This document shows positions 29,875 to 40,034 of a stretch of DNA of 64,000 nucleotides, piece after piece. Under the pieces are notes generated by a model. It did no database searches, was not told the DNA's origin, and saw only the letters and a list, made by a program, of their open reading frames with translations. The stretch's first letter is position 1, and every line of letters begins with the position of its first letter. Made by a program: the position numbers and the translations under genes. The stretch is from Candidatus Heimdallarchaeum endolithica (lineage in GTDB: Archaea > Asgardarchaeota > Heimdallarchaeia > Heimdallarchaeales > Heimdallarchaeaceae). The stretch is taken from positions 2,688,001-2,752,000 of the forward strand of contig CP084167.1 of assembly GCA_021513715.1 (NCBI GenBank), written 5' to 3'.

Positions 29875-31644
29875 ATGAAAAACTCTCCGAAAACTAAAAA
29901 TGAATTTATACGTAATTGTGCTGAATTATGGTATAAAAAAAGAGATATTAAAGAGTTAATGACACTTTTTCGCAGCACTTTTGGAAAAAACAATCCCTTC
30001 TTTCTTCTACAGGTAGGTTCGAGTGTATTTAAAAAATATGGGTATGAAATTTGGGTTATATTTTTGTCAGATTTGTTTAATTTCAACAAAAGATTCAGGA
30101 AAGTTATTCAAGGAAGGATAGATAGAACTTTTTTCAATTTAGTTACAGGGTGGAAAGGGAGTGGAAAAAAACATATTATAACATCATCTAAAGAACTTGA
30201 TGAAAAGATCTCTTTTCTTGTTGAAAAAACATCATTACAAAAACCAAATTTTGATAGGATTTATTTTTTCTTAACAGAACAGATAAAAGACCGGGCAATT
30301 TTACCAGAAGAATGGGTGAGAATAAAAAATACATTAATTTATATTCCAGAGAGCGTAGAAACTTATTATTACCTTAAAACAGTTATGTATAAAACATTAG
30401 GTTGTAAGAACTACAAAAAAATAAATATTCAAACAAATATAGGTAGATTCATCAATTATAGAAAACTTAGGCGGAGATTATTTATCTTTTTATTACAAAA
30501 TAGAGATTATAAATTGCAAAAATATTTTCTCAAATTACCTCTTTTTTTAAGAAATAATGAAAAGGAAAAAGTCATTTTAGCAATTTCAATATTAAGTTAT
30601 TTATTTTCTAAAAATTATAAGAATAATGATATAATAACTAAGTATCTTCTTGAAAATGCAAAGATAGGAGCTAAAAAATTAAAAAATCAACATTTCCTAT
30701 GCCAGATAGTTAGAGATCTTTATATTGAAGAATTTTACATTTATATGAAAAACAAGGAATTTACTGAAGCTGTTAAGATTCTTAACTATATAGAAAAAAA
30801 AGAATTAACAAAAGGAAATAAAAAATCTAAAAATAGAATTAACATTTTTCTAGTTGAAGGATATTTGGAACTTACAATTCAATTTTTAAAGCTTGGTATA
30901 TATGGACGGGCACAAAGAACATACGAAATGGCAAGTAATATTTTTAAAAATATCACAAAAAATAAAATTTCCAATCTTAAGGATCTTGAACAATTATTTG
31001 TCTCTTTAAACCAGCAATTTCAAAAAATCGAAACTGAAATGATATTTATTTTAGACACTTCTTTTTTGTGTAGTGTCTTAGACTTTGTTCATCAAAGAAA
31101 AGACGAATTCGAAAAAATTTTTGAAGTAATAAATTCCTATGAGCAGATTGATTATAAAATACCAACTTATGTTTGGGAAGAAATTCCTGTTCGATATAAG
31201 TTTTGGTCTCCTTTACTTCCAAATACAACATCTTTTACTGACTATGAGATACCAGATGAAAGAATAAATGATTTGAAGTTCTTAAATGAAATAAGGCGAA
31301 AAAAGTTTTTTACTGATGACGAAATTTTTGATTATAAAATTATACAAACAGCCCTAGATTATAAAACGGATAGAATTACTTCAATAATTGTTTCTAATGA
31401 TGAAGGAATACATTCCTTTGTTAGTAAGGCTTTACAAGAACCCAATGTGAGATCAATATGGTCTCATACATTTCTCTTATTTCTAGCTAGAAATGGAAAA
31501 AATGAAAAAATAATAAAAATATTAGAAAAAGTTGCTGACGGTGTCGAGAAACTAATTAATGAATATCGAACTAAAGAGAAAAGAAAAAAACTATTGATAC
31601 AACCATTCGACAAAACTTTGATCTCTGTTAAATTAGAAAAATAG
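29875..31644 (+). CDS. Helical/TPR-like protein with C-terminal PIN-like domain
   Basis: FILDTSFL...EE...DYKII...VSNDEGIH...IW..TFLLFLA, paralogous to the N-terminus of 15024..16627. Confidence 0.72.
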   Translation: MKNSPKTKNEFIRNCAELWYKKRDIKELMTLFRSTFGKNNPFFLLQVGSSVFKKYGYEIWVIFLSDLFNFNKRFRKVIQGRIDRTFFNLVTGWKGSGKKHIITSSKELDEKISFLVEKTSLQKPNFDRIYFFLTEQIKDRAILPEEWVRIKNTLIYIPESVETYYYLKTVMYKTLGCKNYKKINIQTNIGRFINYRKLRRRLFIFLLQNRDYKLQKYFLKLPLFLRNNEKEKVILAISILSYLFSKNYKNNDIITKYLLENAKIGAKKLKNQHFLCQIVRDLYIEEFYIYMKNKEFTEAVKILNYIEKKELTKGNKKSKNRINIFLVEGYLELTIQFLKLGIYGRAQRTYEMASNIFKNITKNKISNLKDLEQLFVSLNQQFQKIETEMIFILDTSFLCSVLDFVHQRKDEFEKIFEVINSYEQIDYKIPTYVWEEIPVRYKFWSPLLPNTTSFTDYEIPDERINDLKFLNEIRRKKFFTDDEIFDYKIIQTALDYKTDRITSIIVSNDEGIHSFVSKALQEPNVRSIWSHTFLLFLARNGKNEKIIKILEKVADGVEKLINEYRTKEKRKKLLIQPFDKTLISVKLEK

Positions 31645-31655
31645 AAAAACATAAT

Positions 31656-31814
31656 CTACTTTATTTCTTGTTCTAGAAGACAACATAAATCTTTTACCAA
31701 CATTTCTTCCTCTTGATTCTGAAAAATACTAGAACTTTTAGTAATTCTTAAAAGAAATTTGTACAAAGTATTTGCTTCTTCTCTTGATAACTCCAATAAT
31801 ATTAAACTTTCCAT
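31656..31814 (-). CDS. Small hypothetical protein (52 aa, not in ORF track)
   Basis: Hand translation: MESLILLELSREEANTLYKFLLRITKSSSIFQNQEEEMLVKDLCCLLEQEIK. Confidence 0.55.
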   Translation of the reverse strand: MESLILLELSREEANTLYKFLLRITKSSSIFQNQEEEMLVKDLCCLLEQEIK

Positions 31815-31875
31815 TTAAACCATTTCTTTATTTATTATTATCTTTTAACCTTATTGGTATTCTCCTTTCTTTGAC

Positions 31876-32940
31876 TTATTTTAGGAATAATTTTTCATTA
31901 TTATTCGCTTTTTTAACAGTTTTTTTGGTTAGAAAATGAGCAATAAGAGAATATGTTACTCCAACTATTAAATCAATTACAAAGTGATGATAGAAATAAA
32001 TAGCTCCAAAGAGAATAGCAAAAACGTAGGGAATAGTAAAAATCAAGGATTTCTTCTTCCATTTAGTATAAGAACAAAGAGCAGCAGACATTGCATAAGC
32101 TGCGTGCACACTTGGTAAACTTGCAAAAGAGTTACTTTCAAAGCTATAGACTGTATGAAACAAGCTTATTCCCAATAACTCATCTATTCTACTTAAACCT
32201 GCAGTCACACTTTCACTGTAGGAAATGTTTGGAGAGGGAGAATCAAACCCATATTGCGCTATATACCACGGAGCTGCTGCAGGAAAAACAACATAAGTGA
32301 TAAATGAGATTAGTGAAACAATTGAAAATGACAAAACTGTAAAACGTATATTTTTTCTATCTTTTCCAATGAGCATTAACACAATAATAATAAACGGAAT
32401 TACTGTATGGAGAATATAAGTAAAACCAAAAACAACATCTACTGTCAAAGAGGAGAAAGTAGTTGCGAACCATTCATTGGGTGATAACCCTCTAAACATC
32501 CAAGAAAAAAACTTCATATCGAAGGTGTATAATTCAGTGGTATGTACTCTTGGATAAATGAGTTTTTCTTGTACAATTGCAAGAGAATCGTAACTCAGCC
32601 AAATAAAAATAAAAGGACTAAAGTCTAGCAATAAAGAAAATGGTTTCTTAAATTTGCTAGGCTCTACTTTATACATTATAACTGAAATAGTTAGTATACC
32701 AAATGTTAATAGGATAGTCATAATATTTATTCTTATTACAAATACTCTACCCAACAGTGCTATAATTAGTAAATATAGAATAAAAAGAAAATCTAGTACA
32801 TATATTACTTTTCCTTCAAATTTGGTTTTTTCTACTTGATCTCTAAATTCTACTAAATAAGGTTGGAAATATTCCTTTACATTTGAAAGGTTTTGTTGTA
32901 TATTGGCGAAATAATATTTGAGTAGTTCTCCCTTCATCAA
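31876..32940 (-). CDS. PAP2 superfamily, Aur1/inositol-phosphorylceramide-synthase-like membrane protein
   Basis: YILH, FPAAAPWY, FASLPSVHAA and HHFVIDLIVG motifs. Confidence 0.85.
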   Translation of the reverse strand: MMKGELLKYYFANIQQNLSNVKEYFQPYLVEFRDQVEKTKFEGKVIYVLDFLFILYLLIIALLGRVFVIRINIMTILLTFGILTISVIMYKVEPSKFKKPFSLLLDFSPFIFIWLSYDSLAIVQEKLIYPRVHTTELYTFDMKFFSWMFRGLSPNEWFATTFSSLTVDVVFGFTYILHTVIPFIIIVLMLIGKDRKNIRFTVLSFSIVSLISFITYVVFPAAAPWYIAQYGFDSPSPNISYSESVTAGLSRIDELLGISLFHTVYSFESNSFASLPSVHAAYAMSAALCSYTKWKKKSLIFTIPYVFAILFGAIYFYHHFVIDLIVGVTYSLIAHFLTKKTVKKANNNEKLFLK

Positions 32941-33038
32941 AAAAATTTAAACAAAGAATTATTTAAAAATTAATTGTTTGTAACATTTTTTCTTATAATC
33001 ATTTATTTAGCCAATTGATTGCAGAACTTTTTAATAAA

Positions 33039-34038
33039 GCATGTCCAAAAATTCTTTTTCACCTACTAAACGGTCCGAAGGAGTAAAAGGTAGTTGTAAC
33101 AGAGGAGAGAACTGTACAAGGTAGAGAGGATGGTGGAGGGTAAACGATCAAGGATTGGGGGATGAGAGAGTTTGAGGAGACCAAAGACGTGTTCAATACT
33201 ACTACGATACTCGGGGTGATGATTATGACGATACAGACCAGGGTAGAGACGATGAGCTTGAACTATTGGTCCGAGGGGAGGAGGAGAGGGATAACGAGCA
33301 TTACTTTTTGGGGGAATAACAGGAAAAAAGGAATGTTGGCTAAGAAGTCCAACGATATTTTCTGTCCAGTAGGCACAGTCTCCATAAAATCGCAAGAAAG
33401 GTCTCAAGAGTGCAGAAGGAAGTTTCTGCCAGAGTAAACCGAAGACTTTACTATCGTGAGTGTTACTAGCAGAATGAGCGAGAGAGACTATAGCTCGAGA
33501 GGGTAAACCAACTATAAGGTGTATCTTCCAGAAAAGTTTAGAGGTTTTCTTTAGTCCTCCTCTTACCCACTTGAGAAAACGCCAAACAGAAGCTTGACGG
33601 ATTTTAAACCCTGAACTATCCACTGCCATAGCTTTCAAGCCTTTTTTCCTCACTATTTCCCTACCTAAATCTATTATCCACTGCTCTAAGATTTTACTTT
33701 CTGTCGCTCTCCACACTGCATGAAAAGTAGATTTAGAAGGAATCTTCTTCATCCACCCCTCTTCTATCAAAAAATCGCATAAAGCCAACTTTTCCTCTAA
33801 CTTCCTCCAAGCTATCCCTTCTATTCTCGCAATAATTGCTAAAGCCAGTATCACCCACCTTTCTGCTATTCTTTTTCTCCCTCTCTTACTTTCTCTCGGT
33901 TCCTCTTTCACCAGTTTCTTAAGGAAAGGTTCATTAATGATTATGAATTCTCTTACTTTGTGGGGGTCTATGATCTGAAAGTAAGTCATAATTCCGACAT
34001 AAACCCCCACATTAATAAAAATTAATTTTTGGACATGC
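33039..34038 (-). mobile_element. IS5-like insertion sequence, intact copy (1000 bp)
   Basis: Perfect 15-bp TIR GCATGTCCAAAAATT at both ends, enclosing the transposase. Confidence 0.92.
33066..34010 (-). CDS. DDE transposase (IS5/IS4-like)
   Basis: AVDSSG, KIHL, HDS, YGDCAY, RSSIEHVFG..K. Confidence 0.92.
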   Translation of the reverse strand: MGVYVGIMTYFQIIDPHKVREFIIINEPFLKKLVKEEPRESKRGRKRIAERWVILALAIIARIEGIAWRKLEEKLALCDFLIEEGWMKKIPSKSTFHAVWRATESKILEQWIIDLGREIVRKKGLKAMAVDSSGFKIRQASVWRFLKWVRGGLKKTSKLFWKIHLIVGLPSRAIVSLAHSASNTHDSKVFGLLWQKLPSALLRPFLRFYGDCAYWTENIVGLLSQHSFFPVIPPKSNARYPSPPPLGPIVQAHRLYPGLYRHNHHPEYRSSIEHVFGLLKLSHPPILDRLPSTILSTLYSSLLCYNYLLLLRTV

Positions 34039-34139
34039 TTTTAATACAAAAATTAGTTTTTTCAGTTAGTAAATACAAAAATCAAGACAAACAAGAGAAT
34101 AATGAATAAATAAAAAATAGTATAAAATCAAATCAAAAA

Positions 34140-34877
34140 TTAAGTTTTTGTCTCATATATAGTTGGGTCTTCAATATTTGCTTGATTAAAAGCTCTAATT
34201 CTGCGCATACATGGCTCGCAATGACCGCAATGTATAGGTATACCCTCTTCTGTCCATTTTTTAACATTATAACAAGAAGCTGAATAAGCAATAAGTGCGT
34301 TTTGCTTAACCATAAATTCTGCTATTTCTTTTTTTGTATTTTTAACAAAAGGAGCTATTAGTTTAATATCATTTAATGTTCCTATTTCTATAGCTTTTTC
34401 CATCCTTTTTACAAATTCTAAAGAATTATCAGGATAAATTGTTCCTTCTTCCTTATTTGCACCAAAAATGATATCAATGGATTTTTTCATGCTATCTGCC
34501 CACGATGATGCAATAGAAAGAAAAAGAAGATTTCGTCCAGGTACCCAGACCATTTTCTCTTTTTGAGATATTTTTTCTTTTTCAAACTTCTGGAATTCTC
34601 CCAGATCTTTAAACATTGGTGTATTTAACCCTGATTCTGATAAATATGAGCCTGAACTTTTTGCTAGTTGACTTAAAAATGGTAATTCAATGATATCTTT
34701 TTTTATGTTGAACCTTTCTGAAAAGAAGTTTAATGACTTTCTAATTACTTCATCTTCTTTACTTCCATAGACAAAACCTAAAAGAGAAACATCTGAATAT
34801 CTCTCTTTTACCCAATATAAACAAGCTGTTGAGTCTAATCCCCCTGAAAAAAGAACAATTGCTTTTCTTTTTAACAT
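34140..34877 (-). CDS. queC: 7-cyano-7-deazaguanine synthase
   Basis: FSGGLDS, VPGRN, YPDN, SCY...CGHCEPC..R. Start taken at ATG 34877 after an AAGGAG RBS. Confidence 0.93.
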   Translation of the reverse strand: MLKRKAIVLFSGGLDSTACLYWVKERYSDVSLLGFVYGSKEDEVIRKSLNFFSERFNIKKDIIELPFLSQLAKSSGSYLSESGLNTPMFKDLGEFQKFEKEKISQKEKMVWVPGRNLLFLSIASSWADSMKKSIDIIFGANKEEGTIYPDNSLEFVKRMEKAIEIGTLNDIKLIAPFVKNTKKEIAEFMVKQNALIAYSASCYNVKKWTEEGIPIHCGHCEPCMRRIRAFNQANIEDPTIYETKT

Positions 34878-35015
34878 TGAAATATCTCCTTTAGAAACTT
34901 TTCTTTCTTCTTTTATGAATATTTCCTTATTACTTTGTAGTAATAACTTAACAATAATTGAGAAACTCAAGAAAAATAAAAATTCAGAAAAAGATATAAA
35001 TAAAAATCAATACCT

Positions 35016-35975
35016 ATGGACATGTCTTTTCAAAGAAAGGAGAAGTTAAAGCGGTTTTTCAAAAAATTTAGTAAATATTTACTTGATGGTTCAGCTTTCT
35101 TTTTAGCTATGGTTGCCATGACAATAGACTTTTTTACTGACTTAATTTCTCCAGATTTCCAATTTTCAATACTGGTTCTCCTTTTAAGTTTAGTATTTAT
35201 TGGACGGATACTAGAAAAAGAACACATTCTGAAAATAAACACTTTTAAACAAAAACTAGAGAGGGCCTTTTATGGATTTCAAGAGAATAAAGAGTTGTTA
35301 AGAAGTATTAATAATAAAATAGAAAAACCAACAATTTCAGATGTAGTTACTAAATGGAAAGATGAAGAAATCAAAAGTAGTTTAAAGATAGCAGAGGAAT
35401 TAGTAATATCAGCTATATACCCTTTTGAGTTATTAACCTCGATAAAAGGGGATTTAATTTCTTATTTAGTTGAAAACAAAATAAAAATGAGGATTTTGCT
35501 TACAGGATTCGATTTTGAAAGTCACGCGTTCAAAAATGCAATTATAAGAGAAGACTTTTCTTCTGAAGAACAAAGGGAAGAGCTAGTTAGAAGTAGAATT
35601 TCAAATACAAAATATCTGTTGATGCAAATCATCTCTAAAGTTGAAGAAGGAATTAGAAAAAAAAGTGAAGGTGAAGAAATAGAAGAGAGAGACATTTTAG
35701 AAAAAATAAAGGAATTAATTAAAATAAAAGCAAATAATTATTACTCTGGCTATATATTATCAATTCTAAAGGATAGAACTATGAAATCTATCGCTTTTGT
35801 AACAATTAATAATTTTAGACAAGAAATCGATGATAGACTATATTTCAAAATATATGAAAAGGATGATGAACGCTGGTTTAAGCATTTCGAGAGAGATTTT
35901 GAGAATATGTGGTCTATAAGTGGAAAAAGCATTACTGAAGAACTATACAAAGAAAATAGTAAAAATAGTAACTAA
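35016..35975 (+). CDS. 2-TM protein with C-terminal PLD-like/DUF5919-type domain (tentative)
   Basis: Two N-terminal TM helices, then A.ELVISA, MRILL and WF..F..DFE.MW pattern; no HKD motif. Confidence 0.55.
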   Translation: MDMSFQRKEKLKRFFKKFSKYLLDGSAFFLAMVAMTIDFFTDLISPDFQFSILVLLLSLVFIGRILEKEHILKINTFKQKLERAFYGFQENKELLRSINNKIEKPTISDVVTKWKDEEIKSSLKIAEELVISAIYPFELLTSIKGDLISYLVENKIKMRILLTGFDFESHAFKNAIIREDFSSEEQREELVRSRISNTKYLLMQIISKVEEGIRKKSEGEEIEERDILEKIKELIKIKANNYYSGYILSILKDRTMKSIAFVTINNFRQEIDDRLYFKIYEKDDERWFKHFERDFENMWSISGKSITEELYKENSKNSN

Positions 35976-36008
35976 ATACTAAAATTGATGATAAAAAAAG
36001 AAAAGGGT

Positions 36009-39000
36009 TTAACTTTTATTTACCCTTTTTCTTATCAATAATCCGATAAAACTTATTCCAAGCAAAGATATGATTATTGAAAATAGTGAAATGGGGTTTT
36101 TAGTTGTATCATTGTTATTGTTGTTAGTTGAGGATAATATGGTTACAGTTACAGAGTCAGTTGCTGATAGTCCTGTTGAATCTGTAACTACAATAGTAAT
36201 ATTATGTGTTCCAACGCCCAAGTCATCTACAGAGAAACTAATTGCTTGGTCAGATAACCACGAACCGCTTGAAACCACAGTACCATTTGAATAAATAGTA
36301 TAAGTTGAAGGATTAGTATCTGTAACCACCCATGTTAAAGTATAGCCAGTTGAACCTTCTTCAAAAGTAAGATCTGCAGGAGTGGAAGTAAATTGCGGCG
36401 ATACTGGCTTATTTACAAACACCCATGTAGTGTCAGTTGCAGATAATCCTGTTGAATCTGTAACTACAATAGTAATATTATGTGTTCCAACGCCCAAGTC
36501 ATCTACAGAGAAACTAATTGCTTGGTCAGATAACCACGAACCGCTTGAAACCACAGTACCATTTGAATAAATAGTATAAGTTGAAGGATTAGTATCTGTA
36601 ACCACCCATGTTAAAGTATAGCCAGTTGAACCTTCTTCAAAAGTAAGATCTGCAGGAGTGGAAGTAAATTGCGGAGGAGTAGTAGATTCTATTGAAAAAA
36701 TGCTAAACTCGAAAGTTATTGTTGTTAAGTGGTTGAACTTATCATAGATATTTAACTTTATTTTCCAATCTCCTTCAGTAAATAATATTATAGGAACAGT
36801 GAAAACATTTCCTGTTGTAAGTATTGTGTAATTCTCTGCTCCTGTAACTTGAGCTTCAATATTAATAGAACTAGTATCGTCAAATACAAAAGTTATTAAG
36901 TCTAAACTAGTTTCTTCTACAATTCTTTCAATACTGCTAAAACTACTAAGATTAAATTTGTTGCTTATTGGTTGGATGCTTATTGTAGGAGCAGTAGAAT
37001 CAACTACTAGTTTTACTGCAGTTGGATTGCTAGTAAAAGTTGAATTTTTGGCTTGTAACCAGATTATATGTTGTTTTTCAACACTTATCTCTGGAAGAAT
37101 AGTAGAGAGATTAATTGTAGTTTTATATTCATTCCAAGACGACCAGCTATCTCCTTCTGAATCTCTTATCCGTAAATCAGTGTAATAACTTGAATCTTTA
37201 AGTTGAAGAATAAAGTTTTCTTGTTCTAGTTGTACCTTGTTTTCATTGTTAATAATTACCCCATTCCCGTAGTCTATCATATTTGACCATTTAGCTACAA
37301 CTGCTTCTGCAGGAGCATAACTAATAGAATATTCTGGAAAGTGAGAAGGCCAGTATTTCCATCCAAAACTAAATAACCCTTCAATCCATGTTCTATTTGC
37401 TATTGCTCTATATAGTGCTTCATAGATTCTAGCTTGAATATCAGGTCGATATTCGATATTTGTTCCCTCATAAATACTTGGGATAGTAGGTTGACTGTTA
37501 GCTTCTTCCATTGAAGCATAAGCTACTTGAGTAAAGAGGATAGGTTTTTGATAAGTTAAATAGAATGGTCGATAGTGTGTATCAAGAACATCCTCAAAAG
37601 CAGTAGTCAATTCATCTACTGAAGGATCAAGATTTCCAGATAGCACAGATTCCCAGAAATAAAAACCAATGAAATCAAGCAAACTATAATACTGAAAGTC
37701 ATCTGTCCAACCTTGGTGAGTTGTAAGCATGCCAGAATATATTTCTCTAATCTCAGGAATTAAATTTAACATAAATGAATCATAAGAATCATGTATCCAA
37801 TCCCCGCTTACACGAGCAAAAGTCATGAATTCTATTCCTAGTTTCTGTGAAAGCTCTGCGTAATGGATATAAAATGTTTTCAAGCCTTCAAGTAATACAT
37901 TGATTTGTTCAGTTGTAAAATTCCCCCATTGAGAAGAATCAGTTGTTTGTTCTGTATTTATTTGAAGAGAAATACCCACTCTCAAACCATACTTTTTTGC
38001 TGTTTCTACTAATAAAGATAAGTCTTCATCTGGTGTATAAACACCCGTTGTAGAAGAAAGATAGGGGAGTGGTTTTAATCTGTCATAATTCCAAATAGGA
38101 CTATATTCTATCCATTTTCCTCCTAGTTCTGCAAAGTGCTTGAATGCTGGTTCTAAAGACGAAAGCATGTCGGGTGCCCAATAATCAATAGGCATTACTC
38201 CAGTAATTAAAGAAGTTCTATTCCAAGGAGGAGAAAGATCTTTCCACGAGTCGACAGAAAAATAAAATTCTTCTCCTTCAAATTTAGGAATTACAGTAAA
38301 GTTTTTCTCAGTAGAAGTAGTCCAAGTTCCTCTAGTAACAGTAAAACTTGTTTCTATATTTTTATCTAAAATAATGAATGTACGGTAAGAATGAGCATCT
38401 ATTTTCTCTAGATTTTGTCCTTGTGGATTTATCCAGTTATTAAACAATTCTCCTGCAAGGTAAAGAGAAACATCTGGTGTGTAAGATGGGACAGTAAAAA
38501 TTAAGCTTACATTTACGCTATCTCCTGTGGATATTTGGGGACTTTTAATGTAATTCCATTTAGAAACAGTGTCTATAAACTCTCCTTCAGATGCAGTTTT
38601 TGTTCTGGGATTTGATTCGTTATAATCATTTTCCCATATAGAATGAGCAACTTGTCCCACAGTATAATAATATTTAAACTCCCATCCTTCAGGATATTCA
38701 AGTTCTGTGTACCATTCTGTTGAACTTATTCTATTCATTTTAAGAAAAGAATTACTTGCTACTAAAGATACTCCAAATTCTTGAGGAGTGTTTTCAGGTA
38801 CATTAACTGTAAATTTCATATGAACATAACCAGTATTTTTCCAAGCACCAACTTCATCAACTATTACAGAATTGTTCTCTGGGTAGACAGAACGAACATA
38901 TGGATTAGGATTCGGTGTATCAACTTCATAATAGGTGCTATATGAACCTAAAGTATAAAAATAGTTAAATGGAACATGTTCTGGTATCTCCAAAGTCTGA

Positions 39001-39854
39001 ATAAACCAATTATCTTTAACGTGTTGTAATTGTACATTTCTTGTTGAAACCATATAAGGGTAAACATAACCTAGTTGAGGTAGGTCTCCAACCAATTTCA
39101 CTTGTTTATCTTGTGTATTATCGGGTGTTTTAACGAGAAAAGTAACTCTTATTATCGGAGTTTTTTCTAAACTAAAAGTTCCTAAACTAATTTCTAAAGG
39201 ATTATCATCAGCATCTGGAGACAAAGTCTGTTCCAGTTGTAAATTTTGGTGAAAATAAGAAAAAACGAGAATGTGTTGATAACCTGAAAAAACATTCTGT
39301 GCATAAAAAGAACCATTAGCACGTATCGGAGTTAATACTCCTCCAATAGCAACAAAACCTTGTTCAATAGGTTTGTTGGTTATTTGCTCAATTACTCGTC
39401 CTGTAATATTCAATCTTGTAATTGTAGAAGGATCAAATGAAGGACAAAAACCTACTATTTGATCTTGAATATTTGTATTTTCTTCAAAGATAACTATCGT
39501 TCTAAATGAGGGATTTTTATCTGAAAGATATTCCCATTGATTTCCACCTAAACTGTAACGATATCGCAGGAGTTTCCCTTTAGGTAGTTCAATATTTATT
39601 TCGAAAACATCTGGATCTTGACTACTCTTTGATAATTGATAACTATAATAATAATAAGGATCTATTAGGTATAAAATTTGTATTTCTAAAGAAGATACTT
39701 CATATGGGGTGGTTACAGAAAATGTGACGAGAATAGTTTCTCCTTCAATAGAAGATTCTGTGTTATAATCTTTTTTAACAGCATTTATAAACGGATTTAA
39801 ACTGCTAAAAGTAATTAAAAAAATAAAATAAAAAATCAAAACAAATTTTTTCAT
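36009..39854 (-). CDS. Large cell-surface protein: CBM20-like repeats + GH113-like barrel + Ig-like repeats + C-terminal TM anchor
   Basis: Signal peptide; repeated V.F.V.(T/V)P..T modules; barrel with LDFIG..F and FTQVAY; two identical ~81 aa Ig-like repeats; TM plus basic tail. Confidence 0.8.
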   Translation of the reverse strand: MKKFVLIFYFIFLITFSSLNPFINAVKKDYNTESSIEGETILVTFSVTTPYEVSSLEIQILYLIDPYYYYSYQLSKSSQDPDVFEINIELPKGKLLRYRYSLGGNQWEYLSDKNPSFRTIVIFEENTNIQDQIVGFCPSFDPSTITRLNITGRVIEQITNKPIEQGFVAIGGVLTPIRANGSFYAQNVFSGYQHILVFSYFHQNLQLEQTLSPDADDNPLEISLGTFSLEKTPIIRVTFLVKTPDNTQDKQVKLVGDLPQLGYVYPYMVSTRNVQLQHVKDNWFIQTLEIPEHVPFNYFYTLGSYSTYYEVDTPNPNPYVRSVYPENNSVIVDEVGAWKNTGYVHMKFTVNVPENTPQEFGVSLVASNSFLKMNRISSTEWYTELEYPEGWEFKYYYTVGQVAHSIWENDYNESNPRTKTASEGEFIDTVSKWNYIKSPQISTGDSVNVSLIFTVPSYTPDVSLYLAGELFNNWINPQGQNLEKIDAHSYRTFIILDKNIETSFTVTRGTWTTSTEKNFTVIPKFEGEEFYFSVDSWKDLSPPWNRTSLITGVMPIDYWAPDMLSSLEPAFKHFAELGGKWIEYSPIWNYDRLKPLPYLSSTTGVYTPDEDLSLLVETAKKYGLRVGISLQINTEQTTDSSQWGNFTTEQINVLLEGLKTFYIHYAELSQKLGIEFMTFARVSGDWIHDSYDSFMLNLIPEIREIYSGMLTTHQGWTDDFQYYSLLDFIGFYFWESVLSGNLDPSVDELTTAFEDVLDTHYRPFYLTYQKPILFTQVAYASMEEANSQPTIPSIYEGTNIEYRPDIQARIYEALYRAIANRTWIEGLFSFGWKYWPSHFPEYSISYAPAEAVVAKWSNMIDYGNGVIINNENKVQLEQENFILQLKDSSYYTDLRIRDSEGDSWSSWNEYKTTINLSTILPEISVEKQHIIWLQAKNSTFTSNPTAVKLVVDSTAPTISIQPISNKFNLSSFSSIERIVEETSLDLITFVFDDTSSINIEAQVTGAENYTILTTGNVFTVPIILFTEGDWKIKLNIYDKFNHLTTITFEFSIFSIESTTPPQFTSTPADLTFEEGSTGYTLTWVVTDTNPSTYTIYSNGTVVSSGSWLSDQAISFSVDDLGVGTHNITIVVTDSTGLSATDTTWVFVNKPVSPQFTSTPADLTFEEGSTGYTLTWVVTDTNPSTYTIYSNGTVVSSGSWLSDQAISFSVDDLGVGTHNITIVVTDSTGLSATDSVTVTILSSTNNNNNDTTKNPISLFSIIISLLGISFIGLLIRKRVNKS
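36156..36674. repeat. Intragenic direct repeat, two ~243 bp copies at 276 bp period
   Basis: 36156-36398 and 36432-36674 are nearly identical at DNA level. Confidence 0.95.
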
Positions 39855-40034
39855 TCTAAATTTTCTCGCTCTTCAATATTTATATAGCTAATGATTGTCC
39901 AAAATTTTTCACAATTTTCAGCCTAAACATCTTTAAGATTAAAAAATCCTTCAATTCTTTTTATAAAAATTGAGTTGATAATATTAATGTATGGGAAAAT
40001 TCAAATGTTACTTTAACTATGATATTTTGAAATA

